Below, piece by piece: positions 38,551-49,583 of a stretch of DNA of 64,000 bases. How positions within the stretch are numbered: the stretch's first letter is position 1; each line of letters begins with the position of its first letter. Under the pieces are notes generated by a model. That model ran no database searches. It had not been told where the DNA came from and was given only the letters and a program-made list of their open reading frames with translations. The translations under genes and the position numbers were made by a program. The stretch comes from Armatimonadota bacterium (GTDB taxonomy: Bacteria > Armatimonadota > UBA10988): contig JACRKZ010000130.1 of the NCBI GenBank assembly GCA_016235455.1, positions 1-64,000 of the forward strand. Direction: 5' to 3'.

Positions 38551-40164
38551 ATGGCCGAACGCGCTGAAGGCACCGACGCGCTGACCCAGCCCTGGCTCGC
38601 CGAACTGCTGGCGGCCAGCGCCGAGGGCATCGCCCTGTACGATCCGCAGGGCCGTATCTCGCGCGCCAATGCGCTGTTGGCCGAGCTGGTTGGCCTTGGC
38701 GACGACGAACTGCTGGGCCTGGGCATCGACGATCTCTTCCACGATCCCAGCTACAGTCTGGCCGTGGCCGCTGCGCGTCAGCGCGGCCGCTGGCACGGCA
38801 TCCTCAGTGTGGGCGAGCGCGAGGTCGAGGCGCACCTGGTCATGGCCCGCGACGGCCATGGCGTCGTGCTGTGCCACGACATCTCCGAGCGCCTGGAGTT
38901 GGGCCGACGCGCCGAGTCGTTGGCGGCCCTGGCCGCCGAGCATGCCAGTCGCGCCGAGGATGCTCAGGCTCGCGCCAGCGAGCAGAGCTAGCGCCTGACC
39001 GGTCTGTACCAGATGACCGTCAACGCGCTGGAATCGGCCACGGTGCACGACACGGCGGCGCGCCTCTGCAACTCGCTGCGCGGCGATCTGGGCGCGGAGA
39101 ACGTGGCGCTGTGGCTGCATGACGCCCACCAGGGCCTGCTGCGGCGCGTTGCGGCCGTGGGCCCGCGGGCGTCTGAACTGCCCGAGGTGTTCGCCCGTCA
39201 GGTGGCTCCCCAGTGCGACGAGGCGCTGCTCACTGGGCGCACGGTCCCGGTGGCCGACCTCGGCCTGCTGAGCGGCTTCGCGGCCATTCCGCTGGCCGGC
39301 CGCGAGCAGCCGCTCGGGCTCATCACGCTCGATAGCCAGCCCGACCCCGAGAAGGTCCAGGTCTACGCGCCGCACGTGGCCACGGCGGTCAACAACGCCA
39401 TCATGGCGGATGAGCTGGTACGGGCCAACAGCCAGTTGCGCGCCGTCGACCAGCAAAAGAGCGAGTTCCTGAACGTCGTGGCGCATGACCTGCGCACCCC
39501 GTTGACCTGCATCCGCACCTACACCGACCTGCTGCGCATGTACGTCGACGAGCCGCCGGAGACCTATCGCGACTTCCTGACCATCATCGCCGAAGAGACC
39601 GAGCGACTGGGTGAGTTGCTCGACAACTTCCTGGATCTGGCACGCATCGAGAACGCCACCATCCGCTACGAGGTCGAGCCGGTGGACCTGGACGAGATCC
39701 TCGAGCACTTCGCCAATGTCTACCTGGCCAAGGCGGCGGCCGAGGCCATCATCGTCGGTCGCCGCGTACAGCCGCAACTGCCGACCATCCAAGCCGACCG
39801 GCGGCGGCTGGAGCAGGTCTTCTCGAACCTGATGTCCAACGCCTTCCGCCACACGCCGCGCGGCGGCAGCGTGATGCTGGCCGCGGTGGCCGATGACGGC
39901 GGTGTGCGGGTCATTGTCGACGACACCGGCCCGGGCGTGCCCAAGGAGGATCGGGCGCGCATCTTCGAACGCTTCCGCCAGGCACGCAACGCGGATCGCT
40001 CGGGCGGCGGCACCGGCCTGGGCTTGGCCATCGCCAAAGCCATTGTCGCCGACCATGGCGGCCGCATCTGGGTGGAGGACGCGCCCGGCGGCGGAGCGCG
40101 GTTCTGTGTCCATCTGCCGTGGCAGCCGCCGCCCGGTGCCGCGGTGTTGAGGGGTGACCAGTGA
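38551..40164 (+). pseudogene. PAS-GAF-HisKA-HATPase sensor kinase split by an in-frame TAG at 38989-38991
   Basis: ORFs 38551-38991 (PAS) and 39013-40164 (GAF, AHDLRTPLT, NLMSNA, DTGPG, GTGLGL) are in the same frame, joined by EQS*RLTGLYQM. Confidence 0.8.
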
Positions 40165-40532
40165 GCGGCAAGGTGGTGGTCATCGCCGACGACGAGCCGC
40201 GACTGCTGGCCTCGCTGGCCTTCATCGTGCAGCGCGAGGGCGGCCAGCCGGTATCCGCGCCGGACGGCCTGGCCGCGCTGGCGGCGATCCGCGAGCACCG
40301 GCCGGTGCTCGCCCTGCTGGACGTGATGATGCCGGGCATGGACGGCCTGGCCGTGACTCGCGCCGTGCGGGCCGACCTAGCCCTGGCGGCGCTGCCCATC
40401 GTGGTCATCACGGCGCTGGGCCAGGCTGACCATGAGCGGCAGGCGTTGGAGGCCGGTGCGACACGCTACCTGCGCAAGCCGTTCGATGTGGCGGCGCTGC
40501 GGGATCTGATCGCGGGGTATCTGAGGGCGTAG
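40161..40532 (+). CDS. Single-domain response regulator (CheY-like receiver)
   Basis: IADDE, LLDVMMPGMDG, ITA, YLRKPF; GTGA overlap with kinase. Confidence 0.92.
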   Translation: MSGKVVVIADDEPRLLASLAFIVQREGGQPVSAPDGLAALAAIREHRPVLALLDVMMPGMDGLAVTRAVRADLALAALPIVVITALGQADHERQALEAGATRYLRKPFDVAALRDLIAGYLRA

Positions 40533-40657
40533 CGACCGGTCGACGGCCGTGGATCGGCGCCATTGCCACCCGCGGCGCCGGAGAGCCGTCACTGGCAGGT
40601 GCGCCGTTCGTTTGTCAGCCGGGCCGGTCGGGCATAACTTGTGAAAGGGCAACGGTC

Positions 40658-41155
40658 ATGACCAAATCGCAGAACCGCAGGCGACTGCGCATCAACGCCC
40701 GTTGGCTCGGCGGCAGCCTGCTAGTCGCTGTACTAGCGGCGGAGGGTTCGGACCTTGCCGCGCCGCAGAGCGCAGCGCTGGCACTGCTAGGCGTCTCGGG
40801 TGGGGCGGGGTTTGTGGCCGCGTGCGCGCTGCACGGCCTGCTCCTGGGTACTGTGGCCAACGACCTGGCCACACTCGGTCAGGTCGGTGCCGGCGTCTTC
40901 ATCGCCATCACGCTGCAGGCCGGGCCAGAGTCCACACGGGCCCTGTCGGCGGCGTTGCCGGGCACCGCTCTGGTCGATGTGCTGGTGCCGCTGCTAGGCA
41001 TGGCCATGTTCGGGTTCCTGCGGCTCCTCTGGCGCATGATGCCGTTGACCCACGACTTCTACGACTCCCGCTACCACTACGACGACGTGGTGGACGACCC
41101 GCCAGCCGCGCCGACTGGGCGCGCCGCCAGCTCTCCAGCAAGCGGTCGCATCTGA
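40658..41155 (+). CDS. Hypothetical membrane protein
   Basis: Three to four hydrophobic segments, acidic C-terminal tail, AAAGGG upstream. Confidence 0.55.
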   Translation: MTKSQNRRRLRINARWLGGSLLVAVLAAEGSDLAAPQSAALALLGVSGGAGFVAACALHGLLLGTVANDLATLGQVGAGVFIAITLQAGPESTRALSAALPGTALVDVLVPLLGMAMFGFLRLLWRMMPLTHDFYDSRYHYDDVVDDPPAAPTGRAASSPASGRI

Positions 41156-41213
41156 CCGCAAGCGCCAGACGGGCCCGGGCGCGTACGACGCCCGTCGCCA
41201 GCGCCGCTTGGCC

Positions 41214-44200
41214 TCAGCGCCGGTTGCCGGCCCGTCCCTGGGCCGTATCGAGCACCAGGCGCACCTTCTCGGCCAGCTCCGGCGCGGTGAAGGGCTTGGA
41301 GAGCAGCTCGGTGGTACCGAGCGTGGCGCCCATGCCGGCCAGGACCGACTCCGCGTAGCCCGACACAAACAGCACCGGCAGGCCGATCCGTTCGCTCCTG
41401 GCGGCCGCGGCGACTTCGGCACCGCTCATCTCGGGCATCACCATATCCGTCAGCAGCAGATCGACGGTCCGACTCGTGTCGCGCAGGATCTCCATGGCCT
41501 GGTGGCCCGAATTGGCGACAACGACGGTGTAGCCCAGGTTCGTGAGTACGCGCTCGGTGATGGTCAGCACCGCCACCTCGTCCTCGACCACGAGGATGGT
41601 CTCCGAGCCGCCCGGGATGGCCTCGGCCTCCACGCTGGGCGCGGAGTCGAGCACGGGTGCCGTGGTGCTCGGCACGTAGACGCTGAACACCGTGCCGGCG
41701 CCGGGCGCGCTGTCGCAGCTGACATGAGCGCCGTTCTGGCGTGCCAGGCCGAAGACCACGGCCAGGCCCAGGCCAGTGCCGGTGCCGGTTGGCTTGGTGG
41801 TGAAGAACGGCTCGAAGACACGCTGCCGCGTCGCCTCGTCCATGCCATGGCCGGCGTCGCGGACGGACAGCAGCACGTGCGGACCGCTGACCGGGTCGAG
41901 TTCGTTTTCGAAGACGGTGTTGTGCAGGTCGGCCCGCGACGTCTGGATGGTGATCGAGCCGCCGGCGGGTGTGGCGTGGCCGCTGTTGACCACCAGGTTC
42001 ATGATGATCTGTTCGATGTGGCCTGGGTCGGCGGTGACGAAGCAGGGCTGGCTGTCCAGCTCGAGCGCAAGCTGGATGTTGGCCGGAACCAGGCGCTTGA
42101 GCATCCGCTCCATGCCGACGACGACGTTGTTCAGGTCGATGGCGCGGGCGCGGCCGGTGTCCTGCCGGCTGAAGGCCAGCAGTTGGCGGGTCAGCTCGGC
42201 AGCGCGGCCGACAGCGCGCTGGATCTCGTTCAGGTCGCTGACGATGGGGCTGTTGGAGGGTGTGGTCAGGCGCAGCAGGTCGCAGTAGCCGGTGATGGTG
42301 GTGAGCACGTTGTTGAAGTCGTGCGCCACGCCGCCGGCCAACTGGCCGACGGCTTCCATCTTGGCGGCCTGGCGCAGGCGCGCGGTCATCTGTTCGCGCT
42401 CGTCCTGGGCTTCGTGCCGCTCGGTGACGTCGCGGGTCACACCGATGAAGCCGATGGCCTCGCCACCGCGGATCAGCGCCTGGACGCGCGACTCCGTCCA
42501 GATGAGCGAGCCGTCACGGCACGGCTGCTGGAGGTCGAACGTGCGGACCGGTGGTATCTGGCCCGCGGCGATGAGCGCCAGGTTCTCGGCCAGCGCTTCC
42601 ATGGCGACGGCCAGTCCGTCCGGCGTGAGCGCGTCGGCCAGCGTGTGGTGGCCGACGATCTCCTCGGGACGCCAGCCGCGCATCTCATAGATCGATGGGC
42701 TGGCGTAGGTGAAGCGTCCTTCGAAATCGCAGGTCCAGATGACGTCGATGACGCTATCGGCCACCAGTCGGGCGCGGGCCTCGCTCTCGGCCAGGGCGTC
42801 GGTATCTCGCTGGTGACGGATGGCCTGGCTCAGGCTGGCCACCGCGCTCTCAAGGAACACCTCATCGGCCGGGTCGAACAGGTCGTCGCTGTGGCAGTTG
42901 TCGAACCCGACCACGCCGGCGAATTCGTCGCCGACCAGCACAGGCAGGACCAGCAGGGCCTGGACGCCGTGGGATTCCAGTAGCTGGCGCTCGACCTCGG
43001 GCAGCTCGGCAACGCGACTGTGGAGGCGATCGCCGTGTGGGAGCACCGTCAGCCAGCGGGCCATTGGGCCAGAGTAGGAGACGTTGACCGTGCGGTCACG
43101 CTGCGAGGCGATTCCAGGGCCGCACCACTCGGCGCAGGTGCGCACGTGCACCACGCCGTCGGCATCGGTCTCGTGGAGGAACAGGCGCACACGGTCGGCG
43201 CTGGAAGCCGGGCCCAGGCAGTTGACGAAGCGCTGCAAGTGATTGTCATCGATCCCGGCCAGCAGTTCGCGAGTGCTGTCGGCCAGCGCCGTCAGACGGC
43301 CATCGGCCCGCGCCGAGCGGGCTCGTTGGTCCGACTCACGCGCCAACAGGCTGTTGATGGCCTCGGCCAGGGCGCTCAGCTCGTCGCTGCGCCCGTCGGT
43401 GGGCGCCTGCCCGACCGGCGGCTGGTCCACGTCGATGCTGGCCACGAATTGCCGTACGCGGGCCAGACGCGAGAGCACCATGCGGTCGAGCAGCACCAGG
43501 CAGCATACGGCCGCGACCGCCGTGAGCAGCGCCATGATCAGCGCCAGTTCGAGGATCGACGCACGGTGGCGCAGCATGGCGCTGCGCGGTGTGTCGTAGC
43601 GCAAGACGGTCGCCAGCCGCCCCTGTTCATCGTTCAAGGCCATGAGACCGACGATCGTGTCGTGCTGAGTCATCAGCACGGGCTGCGGATCGGCCAGACC
43701 GCTGCTCAGTCGCTGACGCGCGGCTGCCGGCACGCTGGTCGACGCGGCGTCGACCGGCGTGCTGGCGACTCCGCTGAGCTGCGCGATGCGGCCCAGTTGC
43801 AGCGCATCAAGCGGCCACAGCACCAGCAGCACACCGGCCGCCGGGCCCTTACGTTGGCTGGTCAGCACCGGGCTGGCCGCACAGAGCATGGGTCGACCGT
43901 CGACAACGCGCACCGCGCGTGTGCCGTTGGCCTCCAGGCTCGCGGCGAGCAACTTGGGGTCGTCGCGCAACAGGCGGCGAACGGAGTCGGACGGCGTGGT
44001 GGCGCGACCCGTGCGCGGATCGACACCGAGCGCGACGAGCGCCTGGCCATCGGGCTTGGCGAGCAGCAGCTCGGCGAACTGCTGGTGCTGTAGGGTGAGG
44101 GGATCCAGATTGGCCGCCACGAACGCCGGGTTGGGCTGCCGGCAGTAGGCATACGTGTCGTCCCAGTTGGCGTAGTCGGTCACGCGTCGGTGCAGCTCAC

Positions 44201-44372
44201 CGACCTGCTCGGCCAACGTGGCGCGCAACCGCCCGGCGCGAGCCTGCGCTTCCTCGCCGTCGGCGGCCACCGCGTCCTGCAGCCCGGACCGCATGACTAC
44301 CAACAGCACAAGCATGCTCAAGGTGAGCAGGACGGCGGCCACAATCACCAGCGCTTTGGCCCGAATGCTCAT
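41214..44372 (-). CDS. Hybrid sensor kinase CHASE4-HAMP-GAF-PAS-HisKA-HATPase-REC
   Basis: DYANWDDTY (CHASE4), [14 protein letters not shown] (HAMP), GVVGFDNC (GAF), FTYASPS (PAS), [29 protein letters not shown]. Confidence 0.94.
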   Translation of the reverse strand: MSIRAKALVIVAAVLLTLSMLVLLVVMRSGLQDAVAADGEEAQARAGRLRATLAEQVGELHRRVTDYANWDDTYAYCRQPNPAFVAANLDPLTLQHQQFAELLLAKPDGQALVALGVDPRTGRATTPSDSVRRLLRDDPKLLAASLEANGTRAVRVVDGRPMLCAASPVLTSQRKGPAAGVLLVLWPLDALQLGRIAQLSGVASTPVDAASTSVPAAARQRLSSGLADPQPVLMTQHDTIVGLMALNDEQGRLATVLRYDTPRSAMLRHRASILELALIMALLTAVAAVCCLVLLDRMVLSRLARVRQFVASIDVDQPPVGQAPTDGRSDELSALAEAINSLLARESDQRARSARADGRLTALADSTRELLAGIDDNHLQRFVNCLGPASSADRVRLFLHETDADGVVHVRTCAEWCGPGIASQRDRTVNVSYSGPMARWLTVLPHGDRLHSRVAELPEVERQLLESHGVQALLVLPVLVGDEFAGVVGFDNCHSDDLFDPADEVFLESAVASLSQAIRHQRDTDALAESEARARLVADSVIDVIWTCDFEGRFTYASPSIYEMRGWRPEEIVGHHTLADALTPDGLAVAMEALAENLALIAAGQIPPVRTFDLQQPCRDGSLIWTESRVQALIRGGEAIGFIGVTRDVTERHEAQDEREQMTARLRQAAKMEAVGQLAGGVAHDFNNVLTTITGYCDLLRLTTPSNSPIVSDLNEIQRAVGRAAELTRQLLAFSRQDTGRARAIDLNNVVVGMERMLKRLVPANIQLALELDSQPCFVTADPGHIEQIIMNLVVNSGHATPAGGSITIQTSRADLHNTVFENELDPVSGPHVLLSVRDAGHGMDEATRQRVFEPFFTTKPTGTGTGLGLAVVFGLARQNGAHVSCDSAPGAGTVFSVYVPSTTAPVLDSAPSVEAEAIPGGSETILVVEDEVAVLTITERVLTNLGYTVVVANSGHQAMEILRDTSRTVDLLLTDMVMPEMSGAEVAAAARSERIGLPVLFVSGYAESVLAGMGATLGTTELLSKPFTAPELAEKVRLVLDTAQGRAGNRR

Positions 44373-44659
44373 CTACCAGGTACCACTCTCTGCGGCATGG
44401 CGACGCCATGTGCCATGAGTATGAATCATAAGCCCACAAACGCCAGACGGCAGCGTTCACAAGGATGACAGATATGATGGGCGGCGCTGGGCCGCGCGCG
44501 CCGCGCACTGACGGCGAGCCGCCCAGCAACACGGTCCGACGCACACCCGCGCTCAGCGCAGTGCTTGCCCCGCCTGGGCCGCGGGCGTACCATGGACTCA
44601 CCATGCCTGCCACGCATTGCGTGGCTGGGCCAGATCCGCTGTTTCCGAGGATACAGACC

Positions 44660-46465
44660 ATGCGTAGCGACACCGTGAAGAGGGGTTTTGAGCGTGCACC
44701 GCACCGCAGCCTGCTGCGGGCCACGGGCAACTTCGTTGATGGCGACCAGGACAAGCCGTTCGTGGCCATCGTCAACAGCTACATCGACATCATTCCGGGT
44801 CACGCGCACCTGGCCGAGGTCGGCGAGTTCGTCAAGAAGGCGGTCCGCGCCGCGGGTGGTGTGCCGTTCGTGTTCAACACCATCGGCGTTGACGACGGCA
44901 TCGCCATGGGCCACGAGGGCATGAAGTTCTCGCTGCCCAGCCGCGAGATCATCGCCGACAGCGTGGAGACCATGATCCAGGCCCACTGCTTCGACGGCAT
45001 GGTTTGTATCCCCAACTGCGACAAGATCGTGCCGGGCATGATGATGGCCGCAGTGCGCACCAACGTGCCCACGGTCTTCGTCTCGGGCGGGCCGATGGCC
45101 GCCGGTGCCGGCGCCTCCGACCTGATCAGCGTCTTCTACGGCGTTGCCCAGCACGCGCAGGGCAACATGAGCGCCGAGGAGCTGGAAGCCCTCGAACAGG
45201 TGGCCTGCCCGACCTGCGGCTCCTGCTCGGGCATGTTCACCGCCAACTCCATGAACTGCCTGTGCGAGGCCCTGGGCCTCGCCCTGCCGGGCAACGGCAC
45301 CACGTTGGCCGTCTCGCCCGAGCGCCGCAAGCTCTATGAGTGGGCGGCTCGGCAGATCATCGAGCTGATCGCCAAGGACATCAAGCCGCGCGACATCATC
45401 ACGCGCGAGTCCATCGACAACGCGCTGCGCCTCGATGTGGCCATGGGCGGCAGTACCAACACCATTCTGCACACGCTGGCCGTGGCCAACGAGGCGGAAG
45501 TCGACTACGACATCGCCCGCATCGACGCCATCGGCAAGAGCACGCCGAACCTCTGCAAGGTGGCGCCGAGCTGCGACTACCATCTGCAGGACGTGCACGT
45601 CAGTGGCGGCATCCACACCATCCTGGGCGCCATCGCCCGGCACGATGCGTCGATGATCAACCGCGATTGTATGACCGTTACCGGTCATACACTGGGCGAG
45701 AACCTCGACGCCTGGGACCTGCGCGGCGCGGCGGTGTGCGACGAGGCCAAGGACCTGTATGCCCTGGGCGCCATCGTGCCCACCGGACGCATCTCACGCG
45801 TGACCGAGTTGCTGGCCGAGACGCCGCCGCCGCCGGCCGAAGGCCCCGCACCGCAGGTGGACGCCTACGACGTCATCCGCGAAAGCGCCAATGCCTACAG
45901 CGCCACCGGTGGCCTGAGCATTCTGTTCGGCAACCTGGCCACCCAGGGCGCGGTGGTCAAGACCGCTGGCGTGCTGCCGCAGATGCTGGTGCACGAGGGG
46001 CCTGCGGTCATCTTCGAAAGCCAGGAAGAGGCCTGCAACGGCATCCTCAACGAGAAGGTCAAGCCGGGCGACGTGGTCATCATCCGCAACGAAGGACCCA
46101 AGGGTGGGCCAGGCATGCAGGAGATGCTCGCGCCGACCAGCTACATCAAGGGCATGGGTCTCGACACGAGCGTGGCGTTGGTCACCGATGGTCGCTTCTC
46201 TGGTGGCACCGCGGGCGCCTGCATCGGTCATGTCAGCCCCGAGGCCGCGGCCGGCGGCACCATCGGCCTGGTGGAGCCGGGCGACCTGATCAAGATCAAC
46301 ATCCCGGCCGGCACCATCGAACTGGTCGTCGACGAAGCCACGCTGGCCGCGCGCCGCGAAGGCTGGACGCCGCCGGCGCCGCGCTACACCAAGGGCTATC
46401 TGGCGCGCTACACGGCCATGGCCACCAGCGCCAGCACCGGCGCCATCCTGCGCGTCCCAAGCTGA
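44660..46465 (+). CDS. ilvD: Dihydroxy-acid dehydratase
   Basis: MRSDTVKRG start after GAGGA; [58 protein letters not shown]. Confidence 0.98.
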   Translation: MRSDTVKRGFERAPHRSLLRATGNFVDGDQDKPFVAIVNSYIDIIPGHAHLAEVGEFVKKAVRAAGGVPFVFNTIGVDDGIAMGHEGMKFSLPSREIIADSVETMIQAHCFDGMVCIPNCDKIVPGMMMAAVRTNVPTVFVSGGPMAAGAGASDLISVFYGVAQHAQGNMSAEELEALEQVACPTCGSCSGMFTANSMNCLCEALGLALPGNGTTLAVSPERRKLYEWAARQIIELIAKDIKPRDIITRESIDNALRLDVAMGGSTNTILHTLAVANEAEVDYDIARIDAIGKSTPNLCKVAPSCDYHLQDVHVSGGIHTILGAIARHDASMINRDCMTVTGHTLGENLDAWDLRGAAVCDEAKDLYALGAIVPTGRISRVTELLAETPPPPAEGPAPQVDAYDVIRESANAYSATGGLSILFGNLATQGAVVKTAGVLPQMLVHEGPAVIFESQEEACNGILNEKVKPGDVVIIRNEGPKGGPGMQEMLAPTSYIKGMGLDTSVALVTDGRFSGGTAGACIGHVSPEAAAGGTIGLVEPGDLIKINIPAGTIELVVDEATLAARREGWTPPAPRYTKGYLARYTAMATSASTGAILRVPS

Positions 46466-46473
46466 GCCTCGCG

Positions 46474-46505
46474 TCGTAGGGCGACCGTCCGCGGTCGCCC
46501 TACGA
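46474..46505. repeat. GTAG-type REP-like palindrome / hairpin after ilvD
   Basis: TCGTAGGGCGACCG-tccg-CGGTCGCCCTACGA, perfect 14-bp stem. Confidence 0.8.
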
Positions 46506-46542
46506 TGGTGCAGCCGCTTGCCTCGAGTTGGAGCGCACTCCC

Positions 46543-47214
46543 ATGAGCATTGCCGTCGTCGTCATGAGCGGTGGATTGGACTCGTGTGTAACCGCAGCCA
46601 TCGCGCAGGCCGAGGGGCATGAGGTGGCCGCGCTGCATGTCAGCTATGGCCAGCGCACGCAGCGGCGCGAGCTGCGCGCCTTTGGCGAGGTCTGTGACGC
46701 CCTGGCCATTGGGCGCCGACAGGTGGTCGACATCAGCCACTTGGCGGCCTTTGGCGGATCGGCGCTGACCGACACGGCCATCGCGCTGCCCGAGGGCGAA
46801 GACCCAGACCGGCCCGGCATCCCGGTGTCGTATGTGCCGCAGCGCAACGGCAACATCCTCTACATCGCCGCCACCTGGGCCGAGGTGCTGCTCGCCGAGT
46901 CCATCTGGTGTGGCGTGGTGGAGGAAGACAGCTCGGGCTATCCCGACTGCCGGCGCAGCTTCTGCGACGCCATTGAGCGCGCCATCGGGCTGGGCAACCA
47001 CGACGACCATCCCGACCCGCGCATCACCACCCCACTGATCCACCTCAACAAGGGCCAGATCGTCGCGCGCGGCGTGGAGCTGGCCGCGCCGCTGGCCGCT
47101 ACCTGGAGCTGCTACCAGGCCGAAGACGTGGCCTGCGGCGTGTGCGATAGCTGCCTGCTGCGGCTGCGCGGCTTCGCCCAGGCCGGCGTGCCGGACCCCA
47201 TCTGTTACCGGTGA
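46543..47214 (+). CDS. queC: 7-cyano-7-deazaguanine synthase
   Basis: SGGLDS, YGQR, GGSALTD, YVPQRN, SGYPDCR, TWSCY..CGVCDSCLLR. Confidence 0.97.
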   Translation: MSIAVVVMSGGLDSCVTAAIAQAEGHEVAALHVSYGQRTQRRELRAFGEVCDALAIGRRQVVDISHLAAFGGSALTDTAIALPEGEDPDRPGIPVSYVPQRNGNILYIAATWAEVLLAESIWCGVVEEDSSGYPDCRRSFCDAIERAIGLGNHDDHPDPRITTPLIHLNKGQIVARGVELAAPLAATWSCYQAEDVACGVCDSCLLRLRGFAQAGVPDPICYR

Positions 47215-47220
47215 CCCAAA

Positions 47221-47286
47221 CCGCGAGAGGTCACCCAGGGCGCGCCGGAAGCCTGCGCTCCGCGTGTCCCGTGTGACCTCTCCCGG
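47221..47286. terminator. Imperfect hairpin between convergent genes, possible terminator
   Basis: CCGcGAGAGGTCAC (47221-47234) pairs with GTGACCTCTCcCGG (47273-47286); no clear U tract. Confidence 0.4.
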
Positions 47287-47301
47287 TCGGTGGTCAGTCC
47301 G

Positions 47302-48351
47302 TCAGTTCGGCCAGACGGCGAACCCCGCGTCGCGATCCTGGCCCTTGAGCACCAGGTCCGCTCGCGCGGTCACGGCGTTGACCGCATAGACCTTGCGGCA
47401 GTTCTCATACATGTCGCGCAGCACCAACATGCGCTCGGCGTCCATCCAGCCCAGCATCTCGGCGCGTCCGCCGCGACCCGAGGCGGCGTAGGTCGACATG
47501 ACCACGCGCGGGCGGCGCGAGGTGGGGTCGACCACGCTCAACTCGGACCAACTGCGGCGCGCGTCGCGCGGGTCGGTGAGCCAGCGCTCCAGGGCCACCT
47601 GCTCGCCGCGCGGCGTGGACCAGGCGCGTGTGGTGTCGGTGGCCAGGATGGCGGCGGTCATGACCCGCCCGTTGGTCAGGCGCACCATGGGCTGGCGATC
47701 GCAGGTGAACAGCAGTCGGCCATCCCGCGCGAAGTGCGGCGCCGCCTGCACACCCTCGGCCGCGAAGTCGGGGATCAGCGGACGCGGCATGCTGTCGGGC
47801 GGATTGCGCTGCCAGATGCGGCCGCCCGCGGTGTAGACCAGGCCGCCATCGGGCGCCCACGACACGCTGAAGTCGTCGACCTCGGCGATGACGCGGTCCT
47901 CGTCGGTGGTCAGGTCATAGAGCCGGATCTGCGGTCGGTCGCCAGGGCGCACCACCCGGTAGGCCAGCCAGTGGCCATCGGGCGAAGGCATGGGCCGATC
48001 GCAGCGCGGCGCCTGCTCAGCCTCGTCGCCGGTCCGGCCCAGGCTGGTCAGTCGGCGCGGGGTGGTGCTGTCGGACGCCAGCGCCCACAGGTTGCCACCT
48101 TGCACAAAGAAGACCGTATGCCCGTCGCGACTGATCGCCGGAGCGTCTTCGTCGTCTGGGCTGCGCTGGGGCCAGAGAGTTTGCTGTTCGCGTCGAGCCA
48201 GGTCATAGACCATCAGGCTGCCGGCTCGACGGAAGTAGATCCGCTGCGCTAGTTGGCACGGCGCCATGGGGCGCTGTGCCAGCTGGGTATCAAGGCCAAG
48301 GTCGGCCAAGCCGCCCAGCAACAGCGGCACGATTCCTATCCACAACGGCAC
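47302..48351 (-). CDS. TolB/PD40-like beta-propeller protein
   Basis: APAISRDGHTVFF, PMPSPDGHWLAY, SWAPDG, PHFARDGRLLF; N-terminal hydrophobic segment. Confidence 0.8.
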   Translation of the reverse strand: MPLWIGIVPLLLGGLADLGLDTQLAQRPMAPCQLAQRIYFRRAGSLMVYDLARREQQTLWPQRSPDDEDAPAISRDGHTVFFVQGGNLWALASDSTTPRRLTSLGRTGDEAEQAPRCDRPMPSPDGHWLAYRVVRPGDRPQIRLYDLTTDEDRVIAEVDDFSVSWAPDGGLVYTAGGRIWQRNPPDSMPRPLIPDFAAEGVQAAPHFARDGRLLFTCDRQPMVRLTNGRVMTAAILATDTTRAWSTPRGEQVALERWLTDPRDARRSWSELSVVDPTSRRPRVVMSTYAASGRGGRAEMLGWMDAERMLVLRDMYENCRKVYAVNAVTARADLVLKGQDRDAGFAVWPN

Positions 48352-48622
48352 AAGTCATCCTCACCCGACCACCATCGTCCCCCCAGGTGACCTCGCCTGC
48401 GGCGGGGTCGAGCCGATGCTGGTTGCCGAGTCGCCATCTTTCGTCGCGGGGCGCACGGGGTGCGCCCAGTGAGGCTGAAAGGCGACCTCGCGGCCGTCTG
48501 GACCAGCCTCTGACGACCGAGACGCTTGGCTCGGGCCTCATCAGAGCAAAGGTATTATGGGTAGAGATCCACCGTTTCGGGGTAACATTCCCCTGCAAAC
48601 ACCGTTCATTAGGGGAACAGCG

Positions 48623-49174
48623 ATGCGATGGCCATGGCAGAAGCGGGTGGCAACGGGCAAGACGGCGTCGGCTCTGGAGGCGGCGAAGCAGGCCTACGCG
48701 GCCGGCAGCCGGGCGGTCACCACGGGTCGGTTCGACGAGGCGGTGACCGCGTTCGAGCGGGCGGCGACGTTGGTGCCGGAGTGGACCGAGGCGCACATCA
48801 ACGCCGGCTCGGGCTGCTATCAGTTGGCGCAGAACAGCGCCGAGGCCAGCCGCGCGTTGTGGCTGAGCAAAGCCGAGAGTCATTTCGTCGCGGCGCTGCG
48901 GCTGGCGCCGGACAACGTGTCGGCGTCGCTCAATCTGGCCGCCACGCTCCACGCGCTAGGCCGCGCGGCGGAGGCGCTGGCGGTGCTGGAGAGCCTGGCC
49001 ACCGACTACCCGGACCTGCGCGACGTGCACTACAACCTGGCCGTGGGCTACGCCCAGGCTGGCGAGATGGAGAAGGCGCGCGCCAGCGTCGCCGAGGAAC
49101 TGCGCCGTTACCCGAGCCACCGGGCGGCGGGTGAACTGCTCGCCCGCCTTGACCCGGACTCCGCCGGCTCGTAG
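48623..49174 (+). CDS. Tetratricopeptide-repeat protein
   Basis: GRFDEAVTAFERAATLVP, AHINAG, LNLAATL..GRAAEAL, HYNLAVGY; AGGGGA upstream. Confidence 0.85.
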   Translation: MRWPWQKRVATGKTASALEAAKQAYAAGSRAVTTGRFDEAVTAFERAATLVPEWTEAHINAGSGCYQLAQNSAEASRALWLSKAESHFVAALRLAPDNVSASLNLAATLHALGRAAEALAVLESLATDYPDLRDVHYNLAVGYAQAGEMEKARASVAEELRRYPSHRAAGELLARLDPDSAGS

Positions 49175-49175
49175 A

Positions 49176-49559
49176 TCACGCGATCTCCAGCCCGCTGAAC
49201 AGACATGCAATCTCAAACGCCGCCGTCTCCGGCGCGTCGCTGCCATGCACGGCGTTGTAGCGCTGGTCGCGGCCGAACTTGGCGCGAATGGGCAGCAATA
49301 CTTCGCGCCAGGTGTTGACCGCGTCATCGCGTTCCAATACCACGGGCACGCAGGGGCCTTCGGTCATGAACCCGATGAGCCCGTCGAAGAAGCTCTTGCC
49401 CTCATGCACCGCGTAGAACGCCTTGGCCTGCGCCTCGGTCAGCCAGACCCGTCGGAGGGCGGCGATGCGGAAGCCCGCGGCCTCAATCGTGGCCAGGATC
49501 TCGCCGGTATGGCCGTCGCGTACCGCGTCGGGCTTGATGATCGCCAGAGTGCGCTCCAT
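49176..49559 (-). CDS. ndk: Nucleoside diphosphate kinase
   Basis: MERTLAIIKPDAV, FYAVHEGKSFF, NAVHGSD. Confidence 0.97.
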   Translation of the reverse strand: MERTLAIIKPDAVRDGHTGEILATIEAAGFRIAALRRVWLTEAQAKAFYAVHEGKSFFDGLIGFMTEGPCVPVVLERDDAVNTWREVLLPIRAKFGRDQRYNAVHGSDAPETAAFEIACLFSGLEIA

Positions 49560-49583
49560 TGTCTACCTTTCTCTACCGCATCC

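Noticed and set aside
46466-46542. preQ1 riboswitch upstream of queC
   Set aside because: No preQ1 core or A-rich tail; the space is taken by a palindrome.
48470-48545. Hammerhead ribozyme (GAAA and CTGACGA nearby)
   Set aside because: Stem II cannot close next to the core and the cleavage triplet would not be NUH.
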